A DNA stretch of 64,000 nucleotides from Thermoanaerobaculia bacterium (GTDB lineage: Bacteria > Acidobacteriota > Thermoanaerobaculia > Multivoradales > JAIOJS01). The DNA is taken from NCBI GenBank assembly GCA_030429235.1, contig JAUIDB010000010.1:13334-77333 (forward strand), in the 5' to 3' direction. Within the stretch, counting starts at the first letter, position 1; each line of letters opens with the position of its first letter. Below are positions 36,021 to 45,590 of the stretch, one piece after another. A model generated the notes under the pieces. That model was given only the letters and a program-made list of their open reading frames with translations, did no database searches and was not told the DNA's origin. A program made the position numbers and the translations under genes.

Positions 36021-37448
36021 ATGCTCTATCGTTTGTTTCGTAGAATGTTTCTCGCTCTGGTCTCGATCTCGCTCCTCGCTGCCGGCGCGTCGGCGAGCAC
36101 CCATCGAGGCCCGACCGTCGTCCCGACCGCGGAGGGTCAGATCGGGGAGACACCCGGGGTGGACGACCGGATCCTGGGGCCCCGCTTCGAGTCGATCCGA
36201 GGCCAGGCCGGCGAGGTCCTGTTGGGGAGCAGCGTGCTCTTCGGAGGGGTGATGCCGCCGCCGCCGGCCTTCGACTTCCTGACGGATCGGCTGCACGGCG
36301 CCAGCAATCCGGTACCGATCACCAGTGCCACGAGCTCCTTCCTGACGGTGCCGATGCAGTCTCCGGCCTCGGATCGGCGGCGCGCGGCCAGTGGGCTCGG
36401 TGACTTCGTGGCCTTCAGTTTCGCCGTCGACGGCTCATTGCCCCAGACGATGACGGTTCGGATCGCCACCTTCGACGAAGACGGGACGACGCTGGCCTCG
36501 GTGCCGGTGGCGGTCGATGTCCCGACGTTCAGCGTTCCGGACCCCTTGTTCACCAAGACCGGCGTAGCGGTCGACGACCAGGGTCGGGCTACCGTCGTCT
36601 TCACCCAATTCGACTCCGGGATTCCTACGGTGCGCGGTCAGCGGGTGAGTGTAGTGACGGGAGCCCCGATCGGTGGGTCGTTCCCGATCGGACCCGCGGC
36701 TCAGGCGAACCCTGACGTCGCTCTGCTCGATCCGGCGGGCGATCGACTGATCGTGGCCTCCAACCGCTTCACCAATCCCCCGGTGCTGGTCGGCAATATC
36801 GTCGACTTCTCCTCGGGCAGCCCCGTGGTCTTGCCGGAGTTCACGATCCCCAATACCCCGGCCAGTTTCGGCAACTTACTCACCGATGTTGCCGCAGACC
36901 CGGCCACCGGTACCTCCACCGTGGTCTGGGATCAGTTGACCGGCGTGCTCGGCAACCCGGCCGACGTGCGCGCCCGGCGCTTCGACGCCATGGGCAACCC
37001 CATCGGTGGCGACTTCCAGGTCAACACGCTCGATGCCAACGCGCAGGGCCAGGCGGCGGTGGCCTACGGACCGAACGGCAACTCGGCCATCATCTGGGCG
37101 GGAGATCCCGCCGCACCGCAGGGTCCCGAGGATCTCGACGTGTTCGGCCAGGCCTACGACGCCGACGGCAATCCGATCGGCGGCGAGGTGCCGGTGAACA
37201 CGTTCACGACCAACACCCAGGACCGGCCGACGGTTCGGTTTCTACCAGAGCCGGACGCGCAGGGTCGGTCCCAGTTCGCCGTCGCCTGGCGCGACACCGG
37301 GGACTCCACGGGGGCAACTCCGCGCGGCACCGGTCAGAGCTACCGCTGCTTCTCGATCGAAGGTCTGGAGGATCCTACGGAGATCTTCGCCGACGGCTTC
37401 GAGTCCGGGGACACGACATCATGGTCCGAGACGCAGCCCGGGTCATAG
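36021..37448 (+). CDS. Secreted hypothetical protein with a C-terminal FADGFESGDTTSW tail
   Basis: ATG at 36021 with an AAGGAG RBS and a Sec signal 'MLYRLFRRMFLALVSISLLAAGASAS'. No recognisable domain. It ends ...IFADGFESGDTTSWSETQPGS. Confidence 0.65.
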   Translation: MLYRLFRRMFLALVSISLLAAGASASTHRGPTVVPTAEGQIGETPGVDDRILGPRFESIRGQAGEVLLGSSVLFGGVMPPPPAFDFLTDRLHGASNPVPITSATSSFLTVPMQSPASDRRRAASGLGDFVAFSFAVDGSLPQTMTVRIATFDEDGTTLASVPVAVDVPTFSVPDPLFTKTGVAVDDQGRATVVFTQFDSGIPTVRGQRVSVVTGAPIGGSFPIGPAAQANPDVALLDPAGDRLIVASNRFTNPPVLVGNIVDFSSGSPVVLPEFTIPNTPASFGNLLTDVAADPATGTSTVVWDQLTGVLGNPADVRARRFDAMGNPIGGDFQVNTLDANAQGQAAVAYGPNGNSAIIWAGDPAAPQGPEDLDVFGQAYDADGNPIGGEVPVNTFTTNTQDRPTVRFLPEPDAQGRSQFAVAWRDTGDSTGATPRGTGQSYRCFSIEGLEDPTEIFADGFESGDTTSWSETQPGS

Positions 37449-37493
37449 CTTCGGAAACCAGAGTCTTACCCGAGAGCAACGGCGATGACCGGT

Positions 37494-38888
37494 CTAGGTC
37501 TGGTCGTCCTGCTCCGGTCGGGCAATGCCGAGACTGTTCATCTTCTGATGGAGATGGGTCCTCTGCAGTTCGAGCAGGCGGGCGGCAGCGGCCACGTTCC
37601 AGCCCGTGCTGGCGAGGGCGCGTCGGATGTGGCGGGCCTCGGCGATCTCCTTGAACCGGCGAAAGGGGAGTACGGGGCCGTCGAAGGGGTCGTCGCCATC
37701 GGCTCCGCTCTCAGAGGTCCGGGGATCGAGCATCTCGACCGGTAGCTGCTCGGGAGTGACGGGGTCGGTGCCAAAGACGACGAGCCGCTCGGTCAGGTTT
37801 TCGAGTTCGCGAACGTTGCCGGGCCACGGGTACTGTTCGAGGATCGGATAGACGGCCTCGGTGGCGGCGAGTTGGCGCACGCGGTGGCGAGTCCAGGCCC
37901 GACGGAGAAAGTGGTCGAAGAGGAGCCGGATGTCTCCGGAGCGCTGGCGCAGCGGAGGGACTTCGATCGGCAGGTGGGCGAGGCGGAAGTACAGGTCCTG
38001 TCGGAAGGACTGGTTCCGGATGCCCTCCTCCAGTTGGGCGTGGGTGGCGGCGAGGACCCGCACGTCGACCTCTCGGTCGCGGGTCTCGCCGATGCGGCGG
38101 ACGCGGCCGTCCTCGAGAACCCTGAGGAGGCGGGACTGTAACCGGTAGTCCATGTCGCCGATCTCGTCGAGGAAGAGGGTCCCGCCGTGAGCCTCTTCGA
38201 AAAGGCCCCGTTTGTCGCTGGCGGCGCCGGTGAACGCTCCCTTGACGTGGCCGAAGAGCTCGTCCTCGACCAGATCCTGCGGGATCGCGGCGCAGTTGAG
38301 TTTGATGAAGGGTTGGCGCGCCCGTGGGCTGCCGCGATGGATGGCGTCGGCCACGAGCTCCTTGCCGGTACCACTCTCGCCGAGGATGAGGACCCGACCC
38401 TCGGTCGGGGCCGCTTTGGCGATCGCCTCGCGGAGGGCCAGCATGGCCGGCGACTCGCCGATCAGTTCCGACTGGCCGCGCAGCTCGGACTCGAGGTCCT
38501 GGACCCGCGTTCTCAGGCTGGAGTGTTCGAGGGTGTTCTCGATCGATCGGCGGAGGCGCTCGGTACTGAACGGCTTCTCGATGAAGTCGTGGACGCCGAG
38601 CTTGAGGGCCTCGACCGTCTCGGCGATCGAGGCCTCCCCGGAAACGATGATCGTCGGCGGGAGACGATCCGACTCGGCCAGGCGTCGGATCAACTCGACG
38701 CCGCTCAGGCCGGGCAAACGCACGTCGACCAGCATCAGGCCCGGAGGGTTGTCGGGTCGGGAGTCGAGCCATTCCAGGGCCGCCTCGGCGGTGTCGGTGG
38801 CCGCGGCCCGGTGTCCCGCCTCTTTGAGCTGGAAGAGCAGGTTGGCGCGAATCCTCGGATCGTCCTCGACGACGAGAACCTCGATCAT
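37494..38888 (-). CDS. NtrC-family sigma-54-dependent response regulator (REC plus AAA+ plus Fis HTH)
   Basis: The REC domain has the phospho-acceptor in 'LMLVDVRLPGLSG'. 'ILGESGTGKE' and 'GAFTGA'/'ELFGH' are present. The HTH is 'GWNVAAAARLLELQRTHLHQKMNSLGI'. A 4-nt overlap with the upstream kinase. Confidence 0.85.
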   Translation of the reverse strand: MIEVLVVEDDPRIRANLLFQLKEAGHRAAATDTAEAALEWLDSRPDNPPGLMLVDVRLPGLSGVELIRRLAESDRLPPTIIVSGEASIAETVEALKLGVHDFIEKPFSTERLRRSIENTLEHSSLRTRVQDLESELRGQSELIGESPAMLALREAIAKAAPTEGRVLILGESGTGKELVADAIHRGSPRARQPFIKLNCAAIPQDLVEDELFGHVKGAFTGAASDKRGLFEEAHGGTLFLDEIGDMDYRLQSRLLRVLEDGRVRRIGETRDREVDVRVLAATHAQLEEGIRNQSFRQDLYFRLAHLPIEVPPLRQRSGDIRLLFDHFLRRAWTRHRVRQLAATEAVYPILEQYPWPGNVRELENLTERLVVFGTDPVTPEQLPVEMLDPRTSESGADGDDPFDGPVLPFRRFKEIAEARHIRRALASTGWNVAAAARLLELQRTHLHQKMNSLGIARPEQDDQT

Positions 38889-40114
38889 TCGGTACTCCGT
38901 GCGGACGGCGCCTCGGGTTCGGGCGGCGGCAGGGTGAGCTGGAAGGTGGCGCCGCCGGTCGAGCTCGAAACCAGTCGAAGGTCGCCACCGTGGTCGAGGA
39001 GGATCTTCTTGGAGATCGCCAGACCGAGTCCCATCCCCTCGCCGACGTTCCGGGTCGTCGTGTAGGGCTGGAAGAGGCTGTCACTCACCTGGGCGGCGAT
39101 GCCGGGGCCGTCATCGGCCACGTCGACCTGCACCTCGTGGTCGAGGCAGCGAACCTCCAGGGTCACCGACACCGAGCCCGGGGCCGCGGCGGCGGAACTG
39201 TTATCCCAGAGGTTCACCAGCACTTGACGCATCATGTCGCGGTCGATGTTGACGAAAGCGGGTCCGCTGGTGACGCACTGGAGGGAGAGGTTGTCCCAGG
39301 CATCCTGGTAGATCTCGGCGAGTTCGGCCAGGAGACTCGACAGGTCGACGCGCTGTAGCTTCGGCCGCGGCAGCCGGGCGAAGGAGCTGAAGCGGTGGGT
39401 GAACTCGGTGAGTCGATCCAGTTCCTGCCGGGCCCCGTCGAGGAACTCGTCGATCTCGGCGGCAGTGGCGCGAGGGTTCTTCTGCAGTGTGTTGCCCAGG
39501 CGAGCCAATTCGAGGCGCAAACCGGTGATGGGAGAGCGCATCTCGTGGGCGTGGCGTCGCGCTGCTTCCTGCCAGGCGGACAGGTTTTCGAGCATGGCCA
39601 GTCGTTGGCGGTCACCGGCCATGCGGCGCGAGGTCTCCTCGATCATGGCTGCGATCCTACCGAGGACGCCCCGCCCGCTCTCGCCCGTGTCGAGGACCGG
39701 TCGGCCTTCGGCGAGCCGACCGAGCGACTCTCGGAGCCGCTCGAGGCGGCGCTCGCGGTTCGTCTGGCGCCAAACCAGGCCGCCGGCTACCACCAGGAGG
39801 CAGAGGGCGAAGAGGGTGAGCCCGAGTGCCTCGGATCGCGCCACCAGGTCGGCTCGACTGCGCTCCAAGACCTGGAGTCGGTGCAGCGTCGATTCGATCC
39901 GATCGAATCGTTCGCGGTACTCGGCCGCTCGCTCCGGATCCAGCTCCGCCAGCCGCTTCTGGTCGTCGAGCGAGCCGGACAGTCGATCGAGTACCTCGGG
40001 GTGGGCGCCGAAGGCGAAGGAAGCCTGCGAGAGCTGTCGCTGTAGGACCTGAAAGAGGAGGGCCGCGAGCAGGATGGCTCCGAGCGTGGCGACGATCGGG
40101 GTGCGAAGCTTCAT
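38885..40114 (-). CDS. Sensor histidine kinase (HisKA plus HATPase_c), NtrY-like
   Basis: The H-box is 'HEMRSPITGLRLELARL'. G-boxes are 'DDGPGI' and 'GMGLGLAISKKILLDHGGDL'. An N-terminal TM helix is present. Start chosen at the ATG at 40114 just before the TM (40147 is also possible). Confidence 0.8.
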   Translation of the reverse strand: MKLRTPIVATLGAILLAALLFQVLQRQLSQASFAFGAHPEVLDRLSGSLDDQKRLAELDPERAAEYRERFDRIESTLHRLQVLERSRADLVARSEALGLTLFALCLLVVAGGLVWRQTNRERRLERLRESLGRLAEGRPVLDTGESGRGVLGRIAAMIEETSRRMAGDRQRLAMLENLSAWQEAARRHAHEMRSPITGLRLELARLGNTLQKNPRATAAEIDEFLDGARQELDRLTEFTHRFSSFARLPRPKLQRVDLSSLLAELAEIYQDAWDNLSLQCVTSGPAFVNIDRDMMRQVLVNLWDNSSAAAAPGSVSVTLEVRCLDHEVQVDVADDGPGIAAQVSDSLFQPYTTTRNVGEGMGLGLAISKKILLDHGGDLRLVSSSTGGATFQLTLPPPEPEAPSARSTE

Positions 40115-40800
40115 GGGCGCGGTGCCTTTTCGAGGCGCAGTGTCCATTCCAGATGCACCATGGGTCGACGGCGGATCGAGGTGCTGAGGAGTCCGTCGAA
40201 GACGCGGTCGAGAGAGCTCTCGCTGCGCTCGAGACGATCCTTGGACTCCGATTCGGCCGTACGACTGGAACGTACCGACTCGGCAAACCAACGCTGGGTC
40301 TCGCGCTGTTCGGCCGCCGAGAAGGGAACCACCTGGAGGCGCACCCGGAGGGCGGGAGGCGGGTCGTGGGCAAGAGCAGCCGCGCACAGTGGGACCTCGA
40401 GGTCGGACCACCAGCCCCGGAGGTCGGCGGGGTCGGCCAGGGTTCGGCGGGTGGTGCTGTCCGGAGTTCGGAAGGTGGTGACCTGAAACTGCTCCTCCCA
40501 GAGCTCGTACCGAATCTGGATCGTGGTCCGGGCCAGGGAGGCCTTGCGGTTCAGGGCCAACTCGAACCTGAAGTGCGTGGTCAGACCGGTCTGGAGGTGT
40601 CGCTCGATCTCGGGGTCATCCAGGATTTCGGGCAGCTGCGAGAGGAGCACACACTCCTCATTGGACCGAGAGAGCCGCGGCGGGTCGGCGGCCAAGGAGG
40701 AGCCCAAACAGAGGATCAAGCAGAGACCCCAGAATCCCCGAGTCGCGGGGCGACGAGGCAGGACCGACGACGGGGGCACCCGGTAGAGCAAAGGTCGCAC
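40111..40800 (-). CDS. Periplasmic DUF4390-like protein (the type commonly encoded just upstream of NtrY-like kinases)
   Basis: GTG start with a signal peptide. Its size (~230 aa) and position (overlapping the kinase start by 4 nt) fit DUF4390. The family assignment is from context and general features only. Confidence 0.45.
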   Translation of the reverse strand: MRPLLYRVPPSSVLPRRPATRGFWGLCLILCLGSSLAADPPRLSRSNEECVLLSQLPEILDDPEIERHLQTGLTTHFRFELALNRKASLARTTIQIRYELWEEQFQVTTFRTPDSTTRRTLADPADLRGWWSDLEVPLCAAALAHDPPPALRVRLQVVPFSAAEQRETQRWFAESVRSSRTAESESKDRLERSESSLDRVFDGLLSTSIRRRPMVHLEWTLRLEKAPRP

Positions 40801-40803
40801 CGG

Positions 40804-42336
40804 CTACTGCTTCCCTCGATCCAGGTAGGCCAACCGCAAGGAGACCACGCCCCATGGGCTGCGGAACGACAGACCGCTGCTGACCTCGAACCCCCGTTCG
40901 AAGTCGGGCGCAGCGGGAGAACCGGCGAACGAACTGCCGTCGAACAGGGTCAGGGCCTGGGTCCAACGCAGTTCCCGGCTCCCGTGCCGACGGCTGGAGT
41001 GTAGGAGTAGGCTGTGTTGGAGCGAAGCCTGCAGTCGCCACACCGTCGAACGACTCGATCCGAGGCCCAGTCCCGAAGGCGCGACGTCGTCCACCTTGCG
41101 TTCTCCGGCCAGGATCCGACCGGAGACACCCAGCGACTGCCGGGCACCGAACGAGCGGTGGAGTTCCCCTCCCAGTGAGAGGCCGAGCAGGGACGAGTCC
41201 ATCTCCGCCAGCGGGGTCGTGGAGTCGAGGAAGGAGCGAATCGGGCCGAGCCGCGCGGTCAGGTGCTGCCACTCGATTCCCGCCTGCAAGCGGGCCCCGT
41301 CGGTGGGGAAGAGGGGGTCGTCGACCGAGTCGAATCGCCACGCCAACTCCAGCCGCTGGTCCTCACGGTCCTCGAAGCCCAGGGTGCTCTCGACCACCGG
41401 AGCGACGGCGGACCGACGGATCCCGGAATCGCTCCGCCGCGCTTCACCGCGGAGGAGCAGGGAGTGGTTGCGCCGCAGGGGGACTCCAAGGTCGAGCCGG
41501 AACCGGGTCGTGCGTTCGCCGGCGCTCCAGGTCGAGGCCGTCGGGTCGAGGACGTCGTGGAGCTGAGTACGGCACTCACTGCCGGCCGCCGGGACCGCGT
41601 CGTGGCCGATGGCCGACTCGAGAGAATCCACGATCTGCTGCCGCACGTCCTCGCAGTGCACGGTCGAGACGCTGAGGGTGGCCAGGCCCCCGCGGCCGAA
41701 AGGGTCGTAGCGGCTGACCCCCGCGGTGAGTTCGCCATCCCCACTGACGACGCCGAACGCGACGAGGCTCGGGCCGAGAGCGAAACGCCGACCGGCGAAC
41801 AGGGTCGTTCCGTCGACCCGATCGGTGGTGGCCAGCCCGTCGACCGAGACGTCGTGGGCCCACCAGGTGGCCTCGGAATACAGGCCGAAGACCCACCTTC
41901 GGACCTCTTCGACCCGAATCTGCAGGTGGTACAGACCGCGGGAGGAACCCTTCTCGAGCGAGAACTCGGCGTCCAGGACCAGGGGGAGCCGGACGATGCG
42001 GGCCATGGCCTGGCCGAGCTGCGACTCGCTGTAGGCGTGGCCCTCCTCCAACTGTGCCGTGTTGAGGAGGCTGGTCGTCGACAGCAGGGAGATGCCGTCG
42101 ACGGCGATCGTCTCGATCGCGAACCGAGGGCCCTCCGGGGGCGGCGGGGGCGAGGCGGCGTGCGTGGCCGGCGGGGGAGGCTGGGCGCGTCCCGTGGAGG
42201 GGCCCACCGCGGATCCCAGGAGGAGAGCGAGGCCGATCAGGACGACCGGCCGCCTCCAGCTTCCGCGGAGCCGGTTGCGGTGTGGCGGAGCGGGCCGCGG
42301 GATTCCCTGCACAAGGCCTGGTCGTCGGGTTCTCAT
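40804..42336 (-). CDS. POTRA-domain outer-membrane beta-barrel protein (ShlB/FhaC/HecB TpsB-like or Omp85-family)
   Basis: Signal peptide, then a POTRA-like segment 'FAIETIAVDGISLL...LEEGHAYSESQLGQAMARIVRLPLVLDAEFSLEKGSSRGLYHLQIRVEEV'. The remainder is rich in predicted beta-strands. It lies 3 nt from the downstream DUF4390 gene. Confidence 0.5.
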   Translation of the reverse strand: MRTRRPGLVQGIPRPAPPHRNRLRGSWRRPVVLIGLALLLGSAVGPSTGRAQPPPPATHAASPPPPPEGPRFAIETIAVDGISLLSTTSLLNTAQLEEGHAYSESQLGQAMARIVRLPLVLDAEFSLEKGSSRGLYHLQIRVEEVRRWVFGLYSEATWWAHDVSVDGLATTDRVDGTTLFAGRRFALGPSLVAFGVVSGDGELTAGVSRYDPFGRGGLATLSVSTVHCEDVRQQIVDSLESAIGHDAVPAAGSECRTQLHDVLDPTASTWSAGERTTRFRLDLGVPLRRNHSLLLRGEARRSDSGIRRSAVAPVVESTLGFEDREDQRLELAWRFDSVDDPLFPTDGARLQAGIEWQHLTARLGPIRSFLDSTTPLAEMDSSLLGLSLGGELHRSFGARQSLGVSGRILAGERKVDDVAPSGLGLGSSRSTVWRLQASLQHSLLLHSSRRHGSRELRWTQALTLFDGSSFAGSPAAPDFERGFEVSSGLSFRSPWGVVSLRLAYLDRGKQ

Positions 42337-42412
42337 GGAGTCCGGACAGAGCCTCTCACAGGTTGCGCGGTGGCGCCAGGACGGCCCGCTCTCGCCACAG
42401 GGTCCATCCCGC

Positions 42413-43060
42413 CTAGAAGCGGTACCCGAGTCCGAGACTCAGGGAGTCGAAGTCGATGTCGACGGTTCCGTAGTCGACCAGCAGGTCGAGGCGGGGCGTC
42501 AGGTCGACGCGAGCGCCGGCACCGAGGAGTAGCTCGCTTCCAGTCAGCCGACCGAGGTACCCGAAGGTCGGTTGCACCGCCGAGATACGCTCTTCGTAAT
42601 AGCCCAGACCAACCCGTCCGAAGAGCGTAGTGCGGCCGAAATGGGTCTGCGGCACGAAGGCAAAGGTGAACAGTTCGAGGTCGGCCTCGACTTTGGCCAG
42701 CAGTTCGATGCAGAGAACCAGGGGGCCGGGAAAGCAGGCGGAACCCCAGCCCTCGAGATCATCGGCCCTTTGGTAGCCAACCTCGATGGCGAGGTTGCGG
42801 TGCAGTTCGAACCCGAAGACGACGGCTGGGGAGACCGCCTCGTTGTCGAAGTCCCAAGCGTGTAGGCCTTCGTAGGTGCGGTCGAAGGCCGCCAGTCCGC
42901 CCTTGAAGTCGACGTAGAAACGTTCCTCGGCCGCGCTTGGCGCCGCCAGGGCGAAGAGCACGCAGAGCCAGGCGAGGCCGGGAAGGAGCCTTCGAGACGT
43001 CGCAGGGGACCGGCGGGTCGTGGGGGCTGGGAGGTGGTTGCGGAGGAGGGAATGGTGCAT
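42413..43060 (-). CDS. Small outer-membrane beta-barrel protein (OmpA-N/OmpW-like)
   Basis: ATG at 43060, signal peptide, alternating amphipathic strands, and a C-terminal 'GLGYRF' OMP signature ending in Phe. Confidence 0.6.
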   Translation of the reverse strand: MHHSLLRNHLPAPTTRRSPATSRRLLPGLAWLCVLFALAAPSAAEERFYVDFKGGLAAFDRTYEGLHAWDFDNEAVSPAVVFGFELHRNLAIEVGYQRADDLEGWGSACFPGPLVLCIELLAKVEADLELFTFAFVPQTHFGRTTLFGRVGLGYYEERISAVQPTFGYLGRLTGSELLLGAGARVDLTPRLDLLVDYGTVDIDFDSLSLGLGYRF

Positions 43061-43309
43061 GGTGTCTCCTGGTCGGTGGAAAGGGTTCGATGCCTCTGAC
43101 GACAGCAATGACCTTGCCAACCTCGGGGGCGGAGGGCTCGGGTGGAGCGATCCTGGCCGATCCGAAGGTTGAGAAGAATCGGGGCCGGTCGGCGCCTCGT
43201 GTCCGAGAGGGGCGAGTCGTTCGTAGCCACCGACGGTGGTGTCTGGGAAACCAGACGGTTCCGCACCATGGAGCCCCGGTCACTGCCCGTTGGAAACGGA
43301 GGAATCGTC

Positions 43310-43325
43310 TGGCCTCGGGATTGCA
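43310..43325 (+). promoter_or_regulatory. Sigma-54 -24/-12 promoter candidate upstream of the OMP gene at 43353
   Basis: TGGCCT-cggga-TTGCA has correct GG and GC spacing and ends ~28 nt before the ATG. Confidence 0.35.
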
Positions 43326-43352
43326 CCGGCTTCCGAACCAGGAGGATCTCTG

Positions 43353-43904
43353 ATGACCAAACTTCTCTGTTCGACCCTTCTCCTACTCGTCGCTGGACCG
43401 TTGGCGGCTCTGCCGGATCTCTGGATCGGAGCTGGGGTGGGTAGTTCTCCCACGGCCGGTACCCAGGGCGCCAGCTTCCCCTCGGTCACCGAGACCGACG
43501 GGCCGAGCTGGCGGCTGAGCGCCGGCGCCGAACTGGGACGTTTTTTCGGTCTGGAACTTGCCTACCGGGACTTGGCGCGCCAGCTCTGTTGCGAGGGGTT
43601 CGCGGACCTCGGGTTCGATCTCTCGGTTCGAGGGCTCTCGGCGGCGCTCTCGAGTCGACTCCCCCTGAACCGCTTCTCGCTCTTCGCCAAGATCGGTGTC
43701 TTCACCTGGGAGGAGGAGGGCAACTTGCTGACGATCGCCGGGCCCCGCGACTTCGCCGCCGACGGCACCGACCTGTTGATCGGCGCGGGGATCGACTACG
43801 AACTCTGGCGCGACCTTGGAGTCCGAGCGGATTGGGAACGTCTCGAGTTCAACGATCTTTCGAGCGACCTCTTCTGGATCTCGGTGCAGTGGCGCTTCGA
43901 GTGA
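43353..43904 (+). CDS. Small outer-membrane beta-barrel protein
   Basis: ATG with a GGAGGA RBS and a signal peptide. The C-terminal 'ISVQWRFE' has an aromatic residue near the terminus, and the pattern is amphipathic beta-strands. Confidence 0.6.
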   Translation: MTKLLCSTLLLLVAGPLAALPDLWIGAGVGSSPTAGTQGASFPSVTETDGPSWRLSAGAELGRFFGLELAYRDLARQLCCEGFADLGFDLSVRGLSAALSSRLPLNRFSLFAKIGVFTWEEEGNLLTIAGPRDFAADGTDLLIGAGIDYELWRDLGVRADWERLEFNDLSSDLFWISVQWRFE

Positions 43905-43999
43905 GATGCACCGGGGCCTGCCATCCGACGGGCTCCTGAGTCTCGGGGACCGGCGAAGCGGGTCGTCAGGCAGCGCAGGCGTCGGTGCGACCACTCGAC

Positions 44000-45385
44000 T
44001 CAGCCGAGGAGGCCGTCCGGATTCCAGGTGCGGCGCACCCGGTGGAGTCGCTCGAGGTCGACTCCTCCGCTGGCGCCGCGCCGCTCGCTTTCGTCTGAGT
44101 CCTCGGTCAGAAAGTTGACGTAGCCACCACGCTGCGATCGGGCGTGGACCTGGGTCCAGAAGTCCCGAACCCAACGGAGGTTGGCCTCGTCTTCCGACGG
44201 GTCGGTCCAGGCGGTGGCGATCACGACGATGTACCGAGCATCGCGGTGTCCGGCGGCCGAGTGCTGGGCCGAAACCCGGGCGACCGCGCCCCCCAGCTCG
44301 AAGACCTTGATGTTGGCGGCGGGGGAGGGCAGCTGCTGGAGCGCGCGGAGCAGAATCGCCTGCAGCTCGTCATCGAGTTCGCCGATGTACTCGGACTTCC
44401 AGTAGTTGCGCCGCCCGTCGGGCTCGCCGGCGTCGAACATCGCCTGGAACTGTCCGAACCGGCGGGGTTCGAAGAGGTCGGCGGCCAGGCCGGGCCCGAT
44501 GCGGAGCGGCGCGAGGTCGGTGGCAGCCTGCTCGAGATCGTCGCCACTATGGCAGCCGATGGTGGCAGCGCAGGGCTGGCCGTGGAGGTCGGCTTCCAGG
44601 AACGGGGCGGCCGGAGCCGCGCCGAGCTTCAATAGGCAGGTCAGTTCCTCGGGCCGGTTGCGCTCCCGCGAGCGGAACCGTCGAAATGCCGCTTCCGCGT
44701 CGCGGTGGAAGACCACTCCGGCCAGCACCTCGTGGTCGAGGCGGTGCGACCGGAAGTGGAAGGTGGTGACGACGCCTAGACCGCCGCCGCCGCCCCGGAG
44801 CGCCCAGAGGAGCTCGGGGTGGCTGTCGGCGTCGACGCGCACGGCTTCACCGGTGGCGGTGACCAGGTCGACCGCCTCGAGGTGGTCGCAGGTCAAGCCC
44901 CAGCGGCGGGAGAGCCAGCCGAAACCACCCCCGAGGGTGAGGCCGGCGATCCCGGTGGCCGAGACGATGCCGCTGGGGACGACGCGGCCGTGCGGCAGCG
45001 TGCCGGCGTCGAGGTCTCCCAAGGTGGCCCCCGGTTCCACGACGACGCGCTCACCTTCGATCCGCACCCCGCGGCGGTGGCCCTGGTAGACCACCACTCC
45101 TCCGTCAGCGAGGGCCCGTCCACCGATATTGTGTCCGCCACCCCGGACGCTGAGCGGCAAAGCATGGGTCCGGGCGAAGCGAACACACTCCTGCACGTCG
45201 GAGACGTCGTCGCAGCGCACGATGAGTTGCGGCTGACGCTCGATCATGGCGTTCCAGAGGGTGCATGCCGTGGGGTAGCCCGGATCCTCTGGGGTCAGGG
45301 CCTCGCCGCCCAGACGCGAACGCAGGGCCTCCAGGCCCTCCAGGGGGTGTGACGTCAAGGGGCTCGTAGGGGGTGTTTCGCGCAT
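44000..45385 (-). CDS. FAD-linked oxidase (PCMH-type FAD-binding plus BBE-like C-terminal domain)
   Basis: 'RVRGGGHNIGGRAL' is the FAD-binding signature. ATG at 45385 with a GAGGAG RBS. The ORF opens further upstream. Confidence 0.75.
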   Translation of the reverse strand: MRETPPTSPLTSHPLEGLEALRSRLGGEALTPEDPGYPTACTLWNAMIERQPQLIVRCDDVSDVQECVRFARTHALPLSVRGGGHNIGGRALADGGVVVYQGHRRGVRIEGERVVVEPGATLGDLDAGTLPHGRVVPSGIVSATGIAGLTLGGGFGWLSRRWGLTCDHLEAVDLVTATGEAVRVDADSHPELLWALRGGGGGLGVVTTFHFRSHRLDHEVLAGVVFHRDAEAAFRRFRSRERNRPEELTCLLKLGAAPAAPFLEADLHGQPCAATIGCHSGDDLEQAATDLAPLRIGPGLAADLFEPRRFGQFQAMFDAGEPDGRRNYWKSEYIGELDDELQAILLRALQQLPSPAANIKVFELGGAVARVSAQHSAAGHRDARYIVVIATAWTDPSEDEANLRWVRDFWTQVHARSQRGGYVNFLTEDSDESERRGASGGVDLERLHRVRRTWNPDGLLG

Positions 45386-45590
45386 GGTCGGTACTCCTCG
45401 GTTCTGCGGTGGCAAGGTGACGAGAGGAAGGGTAGAGGACTGCTCGCGGCGGGGCCAGTACGGTTTCTGTACCTCACCGGTAGCGTTTCTGTACCGCGAC
45501 TTCGCCCCGCAGGCGGCACAAAGCGCCATCGCGAGGCAGGGATGGGTGGGTTCGGGTGCATTTTGGCGAGGATCGGTCTACGATCGGTGC

